The notes under the pieces are model-generated. The model had not been told where the DNA came from. It saw only the letters and a list, made by a program, of their open reading frames with translations, and made no database searches. From contig JAKFCT010000027.1 of the NCBI GenBank assembly GCA_036676495.1, forward strand, positions 22,680 through 86,679: DNA of 64,000 bases. Direction: 5' to 3'. This document shows positions 46,300 through 55,763 of the stretch, piece after piece. Made by a program: the position numbers and the translations under genes. The number at the start of each line of letters is the position of its first letter. The first letter of the stretch is position 1. This DNA comes from Candidatus Sericytochromatia bacterium. GTDB taxonomy: Bacteria > Cyanobacteriota > Sericytochromatia > S15B-MN24 > UBA4093.

Positions 46300-46806
46300 T
46301 TACGCGGAGAAGACCGGCAGGATCCGCCTCAACAGGGCCTCATGGAAGGCTGCGCCCTCGGGGGTTCCTTCGAGCGGGGCCCATGAGGCGTAGGACTTGT
46401 GGGTGGACGGGGAGAAGGCGCCCTCGATGATCTCGTAGAGGACGGTTCCCGGAGCGAGGGCGATGACCGAGTGCCAGGTCCGGGGAGGGATCTCGACCCC
46501 GCGCTGGGGGCCTTCCGCCGCGATCACCACGAAGTCCGTCACCCGGGCCTCGTCGTCGAACTGCAGCACCAGTGCGCGCCCCGAGAGGACCACGAAGACT
46601 TCCACCTTGTCGGGATCCATGTGGCGGTGGGGTCGGACGTAGGACTCCGGCTCCAGGGCGTTCATCATGCGCTGCACGGCCTCGGAGTGCTCGTGGTAGC
46701 GGACGATGGCGCGCCGGCGGGGAGATTTTGCCGACAGAGCGCGGACCTCGTCCATCTGAACCCGGCCAATCGGGCGCAGCGCGCCGCTGGGAAAGTCGAG
46801 CTTCAC
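46300..46806 (-). CDS. WbuC-family cupin metalloprotein
   Basis: SPRRR, QRMMNALEPESYVRPHRH, E, EIPPRTWHS, YEIIEG; GGAGG SD. Confidence 0.88.
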   Translation of the reverse strand: MKLDFPSGALRPIGRVQMDEVRALSAKSPRRRAIVRYHEHSEAVQRMMNALEPESYVRPHRHMDPDKVEVFVVLSGRALVLQFDDEARVTDFVVIAAEGPQRGVEIPPRTWHSVIALAPGTVLYEIIEGAFSPSTHKSYASWAPLEGTPEGAAFHEALLRRILPVFSA

Positions 46807-46818
46807 TGATCACCTCCG

Positions 46819-46894
46819 AGCCGCGATTCCAAGTCTTGGAGCCGCGGGCGCTGCCTTCCAGCCGCGATTCCGGGTTTCTGAGCCGCGGGCGCTA
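46819..46894. repeat. Two 41-bp-period repeats in the cupin leader, each holding the AGCGCCCGCGGCT core on the minus strand
   Basis: AGCCGCGATTCC-N8-GAGCCGCGGGCGCT at 46819 and 46860. Confidence 0.7.
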
Positions 46895-47016
46895 ACTCCG
46901 GATTCCCAACGGCCGCCCCGTTGTTTACATTCCGTTACATGGTTGATAGAGTCGTCCCGTAGCGCCGGCCGAAGGCTTCATTTTAGCAGAGCCTGTCTCA
47001 GCGGAGGAGGAAGAGC

Positions 47017-47655
47017 ATGCAGCGACGGAACGGAACGTGGATAGGACTGGCCCTCATCCTGAGCGGTTGCGGATCCCCGCTGCCGGCGGCCGTCACCGAA
47101 TCCCGGGCGCTCCCGAGCGCGGACCCCGAGGCCGCCCCGATCCTGCGGCTCGTTCCCGCGGTTCATCCTGCGGGCGCCCTGCGGGACTCAGAAGCGACCG
47201 CCAGCGTGCTGATCGCGTTCCAGAACCCGCGAACCTCCTTCAGCTCGGAAAAGATCGACCTCGGCACCGGAAAACTCCTTCCCGTGGACGATGGGATGGG
47301 CCCCGAGGGAGATATTTCCTTCTTTTACGATGGTTCCCGGTTTCAGGTCATCGCCAATGCCGGTGGAGGCGCCAATCGCACGATAGCCCCCGCGAAGTCG
47401 GGCAAGGCCGTCGGAGAATTCGCCATGGCGCCGATTCCGCTTCATGAAGGCAGCGAAGTCTTGATCAAGCAGGATCACCGCCTCTACTCCGTACGAATCA
47501 GCGCGCTTCAAGCGGGTTCCATGACGTTCCTGCCCAGCGGATTGGGCACAGGGACGGGTTCGGTGGCATTCTCGTACCAGCTGCAAGCGCCCGAAGCGAA
47601 ATCCGCACACCCAACCCCAGTATTTCCATACGTTATCTCAGCAACTCGTGATTAA
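47017..47655 (+). CDS. Hypothetical lipoprotein
   Basis: GGAGGAGG SD; lipobox LSG-C. Confidence 0.7.
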   Translation: MQRRNGTWIGLALILSGCGSPLPAAVTESRALPSADPEAAPILRLVPAVHPAGALRDSEATASVLIAFQNPRTSFSSEKIDLGTGKLLPVDDGMGPEGDISFFYDGSRFQVIANAGGGANRTIAPAKSGKAVGEFAMAPIPLHEGSEVLIKQDHRLYSVRISALQAGSMTFLPSGLGTGTGSVAFSYQLQAPEAKSAHPTPVFPYVISATRD

Positions 47656-47842
47656 AAGGCAGATTGCAAGGGTAAGTGAGCAAAAGCCATCATCCTCGTC
47701 GAATCGACTCGAAGGTACGGGGTTGACGTCAAGATTCTAGAGCTAACGGTGTTTCTACAGGTCAGCTGCGCTGCCTTACGAAACAGCCACGGGCGCTAGT
47801 CGTGATGCTAAAAATGCACTCAATACGGAGGGAAAACCATCG

Positions 47843-48184
47843 ATGCCCAGGAAACCTGCTGCTGCCCCTGCGACTCAGCCCGCGACCAAGAAGAAGCCCG
47901 GCCGCCCAGCCTCGACCCGGGGCACCAAGAACGCGCGCCGTTCTCCCTATGAAATCGTGAACGAGCTCAAGGCGCGGCGCGACGAGCTGGCCAAGACCTA
48001 CGAGGAGCGGCTCTCCAAGCTCGACGCCCGGATCCAGCGGCTCGAGGAGCGGCACGAGAAGAAGATCAAGGTGACCGAGCTGCTGCAGAACAAGACTCCC
48101 GAGGAGCTGGCTCAGGAGCTCGAGGCCATCAAGAAGCAGCAGGCCATCCTCAAGAAGGCCATGAAGCAGGCTGGAAAAGCCTAG
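47843..48184 (+). CDS. Small basic coiled-coil protein, candidate nucleoid-associated protein
   Basis: GGAGG SD; MPRK, KKKPGRP, K/E-rich coiled coil; strongly biased codons. Confidence 0.8.
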   Translation: MPRKPAAAPATQPATKKKPGRPASTRGTKNARRSPYEIVNELKARRDELAKTYEERLSKLDARIQRLEERHEKKIKVTELLQNKTPEELAQELEAIKKQQAILKKAMKQAGKA

Positions 48185-49464
48185 CCGCCGGGCGGACGTT
48201 GTAATTCAGCTTCGGGGGCGAGCTGCCCCGGCTCGGCGAGCCGGGGCAGCTCGCCCATGGTGACCAGGGGCCGGCGCGAGGCGGCGATCGCCTCCACGCC
48301 ATCCCGGTAGCCCTGCTCGATGTAGCGCAGCTTGAGCTCGGGGTAGTAGATGGCGCTGAAGATCCCGCCCCGCAGCGGCTGGGTCGGCACGATCGGGATC
48401 AAGCGGATGTAGCGCTTGCCGAGGAAGTCGTCGAGACTCCGGAAGCCCGCCGCCCGGCAGAACTTCTCGTTGCGCTCCGAGCGCGCGATCTCGCCCTCCG
48501 CGTCGCGATCCAGGACCTCGCGCATGGCCAGGATCCGCGCGTTCATGCGCAGGACGTCGTGGTAGTTCTGGATCAGGTAGCGCCCCGCGATGATCGAGAA
48601 GACCCGCCCGGCGATCTGCAGGAAGGTGCTGGGCTCGCGCGAGGGCTCACCCACCACCGTGGCGGCCAGCACCACGTAGACCGTGTCGACCTCGGGATCG
48701 AGATGAAGCGCCTGGTCGATCGGCGCGTTCTCCGTCATGCCGCCGTCCAGGAAGAGGCCCGCTTTCTCTTGGCCGTGCAGCTGCATCTTGGTGGGAGGGT
48801 AGACCAGGGGCACCGAGCAGCTCGCCATGATCATCGAGCGCATCCAGGAGAACTGCTGGTTCCAGTGCTCCGGCTCCATCCCCTGATCCCAGTGGAAGGT
48901 CTCGTAGTGGCAGTGCCGCGCCTCGATGCTCGTCTCCTCGAGGGTGGTCGTCCCCAGCAGGTTGGTGACCGCCACGGAGAAGGTCATCGGCCGCACGACC
49001 CGCTCGGGGGGCAAGAGCTGGCTCTCGAGGATGTCCTTGAGAAAGCCATGGCTGAAGATCGAGGTGAAGCGCCCGCCGATCAGCTCCCGGGCCGCCAGCA
49101 GCGAATCCAGGCCGATCTTGATCCAGGAGAGCTTCTTGAAGGGATCGATGCCGATCCGATGGAAGATCTGCTGGGTCGAGCTGGCCCCCAGGCTGCCCGG
49201 CGCGAACTCGCCCTCCGCCGTGTAGAACATGTCCTCCAGCGTGGCCCGGTTGATCCAGAGGTGGATGATGCTCTCGTCGATGCGCTGAGGAGTGAACTCC
49301 CCCGACGCCACCAGGTTGGCGACGTAGGCCCCGTTGAGGGAGCCCGCGGAGATCCCGACCACCACGTCGGGAACCACCCCCGCCTCGGCCAGCGCCTTGA
49401 TGACGCCCGCTTCGTAGGCCCCCTTGAAGCCCCCGCCGCTCAGCACCAGTGCCGTCTTGCCCAT
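48181..49464 (-). CDS. Patatin-like phospholipase
   Basis: GGGFKG, GISAG nucleophile elbow, DGG. Confidence 0.88.
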   Translation of the reverse strand: MGKTALVLSGGGFKGAYEAGVIKALAEAGVVPDVVVGISAGSLNGAYVANLVASGEFTPQRIDESIIHLWINRATLEDMFYTAEGEFAPGSLGASSTQQIFHRIGIDPFKKLSWIKIGLDSLLAARELIGGRFTSIFSHGFLKDILESQLLPPERVVRPMTFSVAVTNLLGTTTLEETSIEARHCHYETFHWDQGMEPEHWNQQFSWMRSMIMASCSVPLVYPPTKMQLHGQEKAGLFLDGGMTENAPIDQALHLDPEVDTVYVVLAATVVGEPSREPSTFLQIAGRVFSIIAGRYLIQNYHDVLRMNARILAMREVLDRDAEGEIARSERNEKFCRAAGFRSLDDFLGKRYIRLIPIVPTQPLRGGIFSAIYYPELKLRYIEQGYRDGVEAIAASRRPLVTMGELPRLAEPGQLAPEAELQRPPGG

Positions 49465-49556
49465 TGCCGCCCCCTCCTCGTCGAGGTGATTCTCCCCGCC
49501 ATTCTAGCGAAGGGGAGGGGCAAAGAGCTTGTGCAATTCGAACAAAGGAAGGAGGG

Positions 49557-50489
49557 TTAGCCTCGGAGGGCGTCCACGCGGATCTGGCTCTGCAGCCGGT
49601 CGACTTGCTCCAGGCGGATCGTCCCGGCGGAAACCGCCTGGGTATTCGCCGCCCCCGTCGCCGCCGCCAGGCGCGCGCACTCCTTGAGCGGCATGCAACG
49701 GGTCAGCCCCACGATGAAGCCCGCCATGAACGCATCCCCGCTGCCCACCGTGTTCACGGCCTTGACCGGAGGGGCGTAGACCCGCCAGCGCTCCCCCTCG
49801 CAGCCAATCGCCGCGCCGCGCTCGCCCAGCGTGATCACCGCGATATGCGCCTTGCGAAGGAAATAGTCGATCGCCTGGGAGATCCGGGTCTCGGTGTCGA
49901 GGTGATAGCCCAGCACCTCCTCGGCTTCCACCTGGTTCGGCTTGACCATGTACGGGTTGGCCTCCAGGCCATGCACCAGGGCCGCCCCCTTGGCATCCAG
50001 GTAAGCCTTGCCGCCCGCCCGCTGCACGATGTCGATCCACTTGCGGTAGGCGTCCGGCGGCACTCCCGGCGGCAGCGACCCCGCGAAGACCGTCGGAGTC
50101 TGCCGGATCGCGTAGCGCTGGATGATGGCCGTCAGCTTGGTCACTTCCTGGGCCGTCACCTCGGGCCCCGCCTCGTCCAGCTCGGTCACCGTCCCGCGCT
50201 GCGGATCCAGGATCGCCATGCAGGTCCGCGACTCCCCCATGACGATGCCGAAGTCGCCCCGGATGCCCTCGCGCTCCAGCCCCAGCTTGATCAGCTTCCC
50301 CGTCTCGCCGCCCACGAAGCCCGCGGCGAAGACCGGCGTCCCGAACGCCTTGAGCACCCGGGCCACGTTGATGCCCTTGCCTCCCGGCTGGGCGTGGATA
50401 TGCTTGACGACATGCCGCTGGTTGACGGCAAAGCTCTGCACCACCGCCGTCTTGTCGATGGCCGCGTTGGGGGTGACGGTCAGGAACAT
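49557..50489 (-). CDS. fruK: 1-phosphofructokinase/LacC-family hexose kinase
   Basis: TVTPNAAID, GGKGINVAR, GSLP, KPN, NTVGSGD. Confidence 0.85.
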   Translation of the reverse strand: MFLTVTPNAAIDKTAVVQSFAVNQRHVVKHIHAQPGGKGINVARVLKAFGTPVFAAGFVGGETGKLIKLGLEREGIRGDFGIVMGESRTCMAILDPQRGTVTELDEAGPEVTAQEVTKLTAIIQRYAIRQTPTVFAGSLPPGVPPDAYRKWIDIVQRAGGKAYLDAKGAALVHGLEANPYMVKPNQVEAEEVLGYHLDTETRISQAIDYFLRKAHIAVITLGERGAAIGCEGERWRVYAPPVKAVNTVGSGDAFMAGFIVGLTRCMPLKECARLAAATGAANTQAVSAGTIRLEQVDRLQSQIRVDALRG

Positions 50490-51673
50490 GGCGACTCCTC
50501 AATCAAGCCGCCGAAGCGAATCCCGGCCGCCTCCATGCGGGCGATCGCCTCCCGGATCCGCTCCGCGTCCGTCACCAGCGCCACCCGGAAAAACCCTTCG
50601 CCCGCCTCCCCGTAAGCCGCTCCCGGCGCCACGATCACCCCGCAGCGCTCCAGCAACTGCTCGGCGAAGGCCGCGCTCGGCATCCCGCCCGGAGTCGGCA
50701 GCCAGACGAAGAAACCCCCGCCGCAGGGCGCTTCGGGCCAGCCCAGCGCCGCAAAGCCAGCCAGGGCGATGTCCCGACGCTCCTCGTAGAGCGCCCGCCA
50801 GCCCGGCAGGTGATCCTGCGGCCCGTCCAGGGCCGCCACGGCCGCGTCCTGAACCGCCTTGAAGACTCCCGTATCGACGTTCGACTTCAGGAGAGCCAGC
50901 GCCGCGAGCATGTCGGCGTTCCCGACGGCCATGCCGATCCGGAAGCCCGCCATGCCATGGCTCTTGGAGAGGGAATTCAGCTCGACGGCGATGTCCTGGG
51001 CTCCCGGCACCTGCAAGATCGACGGAGGGACATGCCCCTCGAAGCCGATCTCGGCGTAAGCGGCGTCATGGGCGATCCGCACGCCGTGCCGGCGCGCCCA
51101 AGCGACGACGGCCTCGAAGCGCTCCAGGGTGGCGATCGCCCCGGTCGGGTTGTTGGGGTAGTTCAAGAAGAGCAGCTTGGCACGCGAGACCACCTCGGGG
51201 CTCAGCGCCTCCAGATCCGGAAAACCACCCAATTCCGGCAAGAGCGGCACGCTCACCGGCTCGGCCCCGGCCATCACGGCGGCAGTGGCATAAGCCGGGT
51301 AGCCGGGATCCGGCACCAGAACCACGTCCCCCGGATCCGCCACAGCCCAGACCAGGTGCACGAGCCCTTCCTTGGAGCCGATCAGCGCCAGGACCTCGCG
51401 CTCCGGATCGAGCGAGACCCCGAAGCGCGTGTCGTACCAGCGCGAAACGGCCTGCTTGAAGGCCGGAGTCCCGTCGTAAGGCGGGTAGCGGTGGGACGTG
51501 GGATCGGTGGCCGAGGCCTGCAGCGCCGCCACGATATGCGAAGGCGCGGGACGGTCCGGAGCGCCGGCCCCCAGGTCGATGACGTCGACGCCCTGAGCGA
51601 GCAAGGCAGCCTTCTTGCGGTTGATCCCCGCGAAGAGGTAGGGCGGAATGCGGGAGAGGCGCTGCGCTTGCAT
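50480..51673 (-). CDS. dapL: LL-diaminopimelate aminotransferase
   Basis: PPYLFA, GSKEG, PDPGYP, NYPNNPTG, HDAAY, SLSK..GMAGFRIG, KSNVDTG; adjacent to dapF. Confidence 0.85.
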   Translation of the reverse strand: MQAQRLSRIPPYLFAGINRKKAALLAQGVDVIDLGAGAPDRPAPSHIVAALQASATDPTSHRYPPYDGTPAFKQAVSRWYDTRFGVSLDPEREVLALIGSKEGLVHLVWAVADPGDVVLVPDPGYPAYATAAVMAGAEPVSVPLLPELGGFPDLEALSPEVVSRAKLLFLNYPNNPTGAIATLERFEAVVAWARRHGVRIAHDAAYAEIGFEGHVPPSILQVPGAQDIAVELNSLSKSHGMAGFRIGMAVGNADMLAALALLKSNVDTGVFKAVQDAAVAALDGPQDHLPGWRALYEERRDIALAGFAALGWPEAPCGGGFFVWLPTPGGMPSAAFAEQLLERCGVIVAPGAAYGEAGEGFFRVALVTDAERIREAIARMEAAGIRFGGLIEESPCS

Positions 51674-52588
51674 CTACGCTCCCGTTCCCGCGAAGGCCGA
51701 AAGATCGACCTCCCCCGTGAAAACCAGTTCGGCGGGTCCGGTGAGGAAGACGCTGCCACCCACGGCCCAATCGATCTCGAGCGTGCCGCCCGGCAGCTCG
51801 ACGGAGACGTGACGCTCCGTGAACCCTCGGCTCACCGCAGCCACCACGGCGGCACAAGCGCCGGTTCCGCAGGCCAGGGTCGGGCCCGCGCCCCGCTCCC
51901 AGACCTTCACGCGGATCCGCCGGCGGTCGAGCACCTGGACGAACTCCGCATTGGTCCGCTGCCGGAAGCGCGGATGCGCCTCCACGGCGGGACCCAGCTC
52001 GGCGAAGGGGAAGCGGTCGAGATCCTCGACGAAGGAGACGCAGTGGGGGTTGCCCATCGAGATCAGGCTGACGTCCAGCCGGCGATCGGCCAGCGGCAGG
52101 AGCTCGCGGCCGAGCTCGAAGGGACGCCCCATCTCGAGCCGCACCCGGACACCGGGGGCCCGGACACCGGGGGCCCGGAAGCCGGGTCCGCCCGCTTCAT
52201 GGTCCTGGAGCACCTGAGCATGCCGCAACCCGGCGCCCGTCTCCACGGCCACCGAAGGCCCCGCAGTCATGCCGCGGTCATGCAGGTAGCGGACGAAGCA
52301 GCGCAGCCCGTTTCCACACATCTCGGGCTCGGAGCCGTCGGAGTTGATGACGCGCATGCGGAAGTCGGCCGGAGCCGGAGCGCCCGGGGCAGCACCTGGA
52401 ATGGCGGCGACCGACGGGGGAAGGACCAGGAGCAGGCCGTCGGCCCCGATGCCGAAGTGGCGGTCACAAAGCGCGCGGGCCAAATTCGGCCAATCGCGCA
52501 CATGCGCTTCCGCGGCGTGCTCGCCCGTGAGGTCGAAAAGGATAAAGTCGTTGCCGGCGCCTTGGGCTTTGGTGAAGGGGGTGGGCAT
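51674..52588 (-). CDS. dapF: Diaminopimelate epimerase
   Basis: GAGNDF, GIGADG, NSDGSEPEMCGNG, GNPHC, ERGAGPTLACGTG. Confidence 0.96.
   Translation of the reverse strand: MPTPFTKAQGAGNDFILFDLTGEHAAEAHVRDWPNLARALCDRHFGIGADGLLLVLPPSVAAIPGAAPGAPAPADFRMRVINSDGSEPEMCGNGLRCFVRYLHDRGMTAGPSVAVETGAGLRHAQVLQDHEAGGPGFRAPGVRAPGVRVRLEMGRPFELGRELLPLADRRLDVSLISMGNPHCVSFVEDLDRFPFAELGPAVEAHPRFRQRTNAEFVQVLDRRRIRVKVWERGAGPTLACGTGACAAVVAAVSRGFTERHVSVELPGGTLEIDWAVGGSVFLTGPAELVFTGEVDLSAFAGTGA
52144..52188 (-). repeat. 15-bp tandem duplication inside dapF (RAPGV)
   Basis: CCCGGACACCGGGGG twice plus a degenerate third copy. Confidence 0.8.
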
Positions 52589-52596
52589 GATCCTTC

Positions 52597-53544
52597 TTAC
52601 TTCGAGCCGGCGAGCCTTTCCTGGATCAGGGAGCGCGCCGCGTCTTTCATCGCTTGCATTGTAGCATAGCGTTGGGGCTCAAGCCAGACGACGTCTGGCT
52701 CTCGGCGGAACCATGCAACCTGACGCTTGGCGTATCGTCGCGTGTTCTGCTGGATGAGGGCGATCGCCTCCTCCTGGGAGATCTCTCCCTGTTGCCAGCG
52801 CAGGGTTTCGGCATAGCCCAGGGTCTTCAGCAAGGGTAATTCGGGGCCGTAGCGCTCGGCGAGGGCCCGAACCTCGTCACTGAGGCCGGCTTCGAACATC
52901 TGGAGGGTGCGACGGTTGATGCGGTCGTAAAGGGCTTCGCGCGGCCAATCGAGCGCGAGGAAGGCCACCCGGTAGGGGGATTCCTCCTTGGTCTGAAGCT
53001 CGGAGATGGGCTTGCCGGTGAGCTCGAAGACCTCGAGCGCCCGGATGACCCGCACGCGATCGTTCGGATGCAGGCGCGCGGCCGAGACGGGGTCGACCTC
53101 GCCGAGGCGCGCGTGCGGATCGGCAAGCGCCTCCAGGCGCGCGCGCAGCTCGGGGTCGGGCGGCACCTCGGGAATCGCATAGCCCCCCAGCACGGCGCGG
53201 ATGTAGAGGCCCGTGCCTCCCACCAGCAGCGGCAATCGCCCCTGCGCATGCGCCTGCGCGATCTCGGCGCGCGCCAGATCGCGGAACTGGGCCGCCGTGA
53301 AGGTCTCGGTCGGCGGGACGACGTCGATCAGGCGGTGGGGGACGGCCGCGCGCTCCGCGGCACTGGGCTTGGCGGTCCCGATATCGAAGCCCTGGTAGAC
53401 CTGCCGGGAATCCGCCGAGAGGATGACGCCATTGAGGTCGGAGGCCAGCTCCAGGGCCAGCGCGCTCTTGCCGCTGGCCGTGGGGCCCGCGATGACCACC
53501 AGCGGCGGTTTGGCCTGGGCGGGATCAGCCACGGGGGTCGACAT
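52597..53544 (-). CDS. miaA: tRNA dimethylallyltransferase
   Basis: GPTASGKS, SADSRQVY, DIGTAKP, VGGTGLY, TRRYAKRQ.WF. Confidence 0.96.
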   Translation of the reverse strand: MSTPVADPAQAKPPLVVIAGPTASGKSALALELASDLNGVILSADSRQVYQGFDIGTAKPSAAERAAVPHRLIDVVPPTETFTAAQFRDLARAEIAQAHAQGRLPLLVGGTGLYIRAVLGGYAIPEVPPDPELRARLEALADPHARLGEVDPVSAARLHPNDRVRVIRALEVFELTGKPISELQTKEESPYRVAFLALDWPREALYDRINRRTLQMFEAGLSDEVRALAERYGPELPLLKTLGYAETLRWQQGEISQEEAIALIQQNTRRYAKRQVAWFRREPDVVWLEPQRYATMQAMKDAARSLIQERLAGSK

Positions 53545-54187
53545 GCACGGGGTTGTCCGGCTTGAACTTCCAGCGGAGCAAGGCCGTGCCAGGGTTGCCG
53601 CGGACGTGCAGGATCAATTCGCGCGTGCGGCCGTCGATCAGGGGGCGCTTTCCCGCTTCCTGGGTCTTGAACCAGAGCCGGAAGGCCGTCGCGCGCTTGC
53701 CGCGCTCGGCGGGAACGTCCTTGCGATCCCCGAGGTAGAACGGCGTCCACCGGCGGCCGGCATCGTCCTCCAGGACGAACTCCCAGCGCGCCGGATCGAG
53801 CGTGGCCTGGGAATGGAAAAGCCGATCGAAGCGGAGCGTGACCTGGATGGGGAGGCGATCGCCCTGCGTGCCGTAAAGCGCGGCCCACATGGTCTCGAAG
53901 TAGCCGTCACGGCGAACCTCCCCCAGCCCCTCTTCCCGCGCGAGATGGGCCAGGTAGTCCGCACCGAGGCTGGGATCCTCGAAGGTCGCCTCGACCTCGC
54001 CCTTGACGCCCAGCGTCTCGCGGCGGGTCCAGGCGTCGCGATGCGCGGCGTAGCGGTCGGCGTCGCCGGCCAGCTCGGGAAAGCGCGTATCCGCGGCGGG
54101 CCGCATCAAACGATGCTCGCCCCCGCAGCCGGCGAGCGCCGCGAGCAGCAACAGGGTCAAAAACGTGGAACCAAGCCTCATCCGCAC
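53525..54187 (-). CDS. Hypothetical lipoprotein, first gene of the miaA-dapF-dapL-fruK operon
   Basis: GGAGG SD; lipobox LAG-C; overlaps the miaA start. Confidence 0.7.
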   Translation of the reverse strand: MRMRLGSTFLTLLLLAALAGCGGEHRLMRPAADTRFPELAGDADRYAAHRDAWTRRETLGVKGEVEATFEDPSLGADYLAHLAREEGLGEVRRDGYFETMWAALYGTQGDRLPIQVTLRFDRLFHSQATLDPARWEFVLEDDAGRRWTPFYLGDRKDVPAERGKRATAFRLWFKTQEAGKRPLIDGRTRELILHVRGNPGTALLRWKFKPDNPVHVDPRG

Positions 54188-54199
54188 ACCTCCCCCGCC

Positions 54200-54238
54200 A
54201 TTCTAGCATGGTCAAGCCCCCGCCACCTCTGGTAAAAT
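54200..54238. promoter_or_regulatory. Back-to-back extended -10 promoters
   Basis: TGCTAGAAT (minus, 54200-54208) and TGGTAAAAT (plus, 54230-54238). Confidence 0.55.
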
Positions 54239-54276
54239 CAGGGTTTTACACGCTTGACAGCAAAGGACTCAGACGC

Positions 54277-55761
54277 TTGAAACGCCGTTTTCCCTGGGTA
54301 ACCCTGCTCATGGTGACCGCCCTGACGGGCTGCCCCTCTCCACAGACCGCGGGCACCCCCCCGGCAGAACCGACCCCCGCCCCCTCTGCCTCGCCGGAAC
54401 CGCCCCAAGAAGCCCTCGAAATCGAAGTACGAGAACTCGCCCTCGACGCGAACGGCCAGCTCCGCCTGGAGCTCGAGGCGCCCGAAGCCCTCGTCGTCAT
54501 GCCCCTGATCGAGCCCCAGCGCTACTTCATGCGGATGGACGAGGCCCCGATCGACACGCTGCCCGCCTACCGGACCGCCGGGCTGAAGACCCTCTCCATG
54601 CCCCCCGTCCGCCGGGCCCCGGCCCCCGCGCCGCGGGCGATGGAAGCGCCGGAAGGCTACGGGCAAGACGCCTCCTTCCAGGTCGGTGCGATCACCGTGG
54701 ACGCGACCCGGGCCTTCGAGAGCCCGAACGTCCTCATCTACGTCGACAAGCGCGACGCCGCCACCACGGCCGCCAAGATCCAGGCGATCGCCACGGCCTT
54801 CGAGACGCGCCTCTACCCGGCCATCACCCAGCTCCTGGGCGCGGCTCCGGGCGGCCGCGCGGACGGCTTCAACCGCGGTGACGACCGGGTCGTCCTGCTC
54901 ATGTCCCGCGAGACCTCCGGCGCGGCCGTCACCTTCCCGGATGACCTCTTCCCGCCCATGGACGACAGCGGCCTCTCGAACCACGGCAAGATCATCCACC
55001 TCAGCCCGGACGCCACCCCCGAGCAACTGCTCCCGAGCCTGGCAGCCGAATATGGCGGACTGGTCTTCCTCATGCAGCGCCTGGAGACCTACAGCCGCAT
55101 GGAGAACCGCAACCTCCCCGTCGGGCAGGACGCCGCCTACTTCTTCGACGAAGCCACCTTCCCCGATCTCTGGCTCCACTCCCTGATGGCGCGACTGGCC
55201 ATGCAGGTCAGCGGCTACAGCGCGGAAACCGGCGATCGCGACGCCCTGGTCGCCGTCGGGAAGTACCTGGACTTGCCGAGCATGTACCGGCTCGACATGC
55301 CGGCGCTCCCAGGAGCCTACGAGGACAACGCGGGGCAGATGACCCTCTTCTCCGCGTACCTCTACGGCCAGAAACCGGACTTCGCCAAGGGCCTGGGAAG
55401 CACCGAGGCGCTCGGCGCGAAGGCCGTGGCGCTCGCCATGCAGCGCGACTTCCCCGGCCTCTTCCGGGACTTCTCGCTGGCGACGGTCCTCGATGGCCTG
55501 AAGGGCGTCCCCGCGCGCTACTCCATCCCCTTCGTGAACCTCCACCAAACCTACACGCTGGACGGCAAACCCTTCCCGTTCGCCGGAGCCGGAGCCCGCA
55601 CCCCGGGCGCCGTGGGCGGAGCCGCCTCCTACCAGACGATCGCGCTCCGAGGCCACTTCCCCGAAGGCAAGCTGCGGCTGGGCCTCAGCGCCGGAGTCGC
55701 TAAGAAGGCCTCCCTCGTCCTTTTCCGTCCCTCCGCGACCGCTCGCTTCATCGGGGAGTAA
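54277..55761 (+). CDS. Lipoprotein, catalytically degenerate paralog of the downstream metallopeptidase
   Basis: Lipobox LTG-C; shares IYVD.RDA, DGFN, DFPGL.RDF.LA..LDG and RY.IP.V.LH.TY with 55764-57329 but has AEYGG in place of HEFVH. Confidence 0.75.
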   Translation: MKRRFPWVTLLMVTALTGCPSPQTAGTPPAEPTPAPSASPEPPQEALEIEVRELALDANGQLRLELEAPEALVVMPLIEPQRYFMRMDEAPIDTLPAYRTAGLKTLSMPPVRRAPAPAPRAMEAPEGYGQDASFQVGAITVDATRAFESPNVLIYVDKRDAATTAAKIQAIATAFETRLYPAITQLLGAAPGGRADGFNRGDDRVVLLMSRETSGAAVTFPDDLFPPMDDSGLSNHGKIIHLSPDATPEQLLPSLAAEYGGLVFLMQRLETYSRMENRNLPVGQDAAYFFDEATFPDLWLHSLMARLAMQVSGYSAETGDRDALVAVGKYLDLPSMYRLDMPALPGAYEDNAGQMTLFSAYLYGQKPDFAKGLGSTEALGAKAVALAMQRDFPGLFRDFSLATVLDGLKGVPARYSIPFVNLHQTYTLDGKPFPFAGAGARTPGAVGGAASYQTIALRGHFPEGKLRLGLSAGVAKKASLVLFRPSATARFIGE

Positions 55762-55763
55762 CC

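Noticed and set aside
46819-46894. Mini-CRISPR interpretation of the constant/variable repeats (also 33066-33141)
   Set aside because: Too few units, variable parts only 7-8 nt, no cas genes.
48181-49464. Patatin as a CBASS/anti-phage effector
   Set aside because: No cyclase or other defence gene nearby; core-like codon usage and context.
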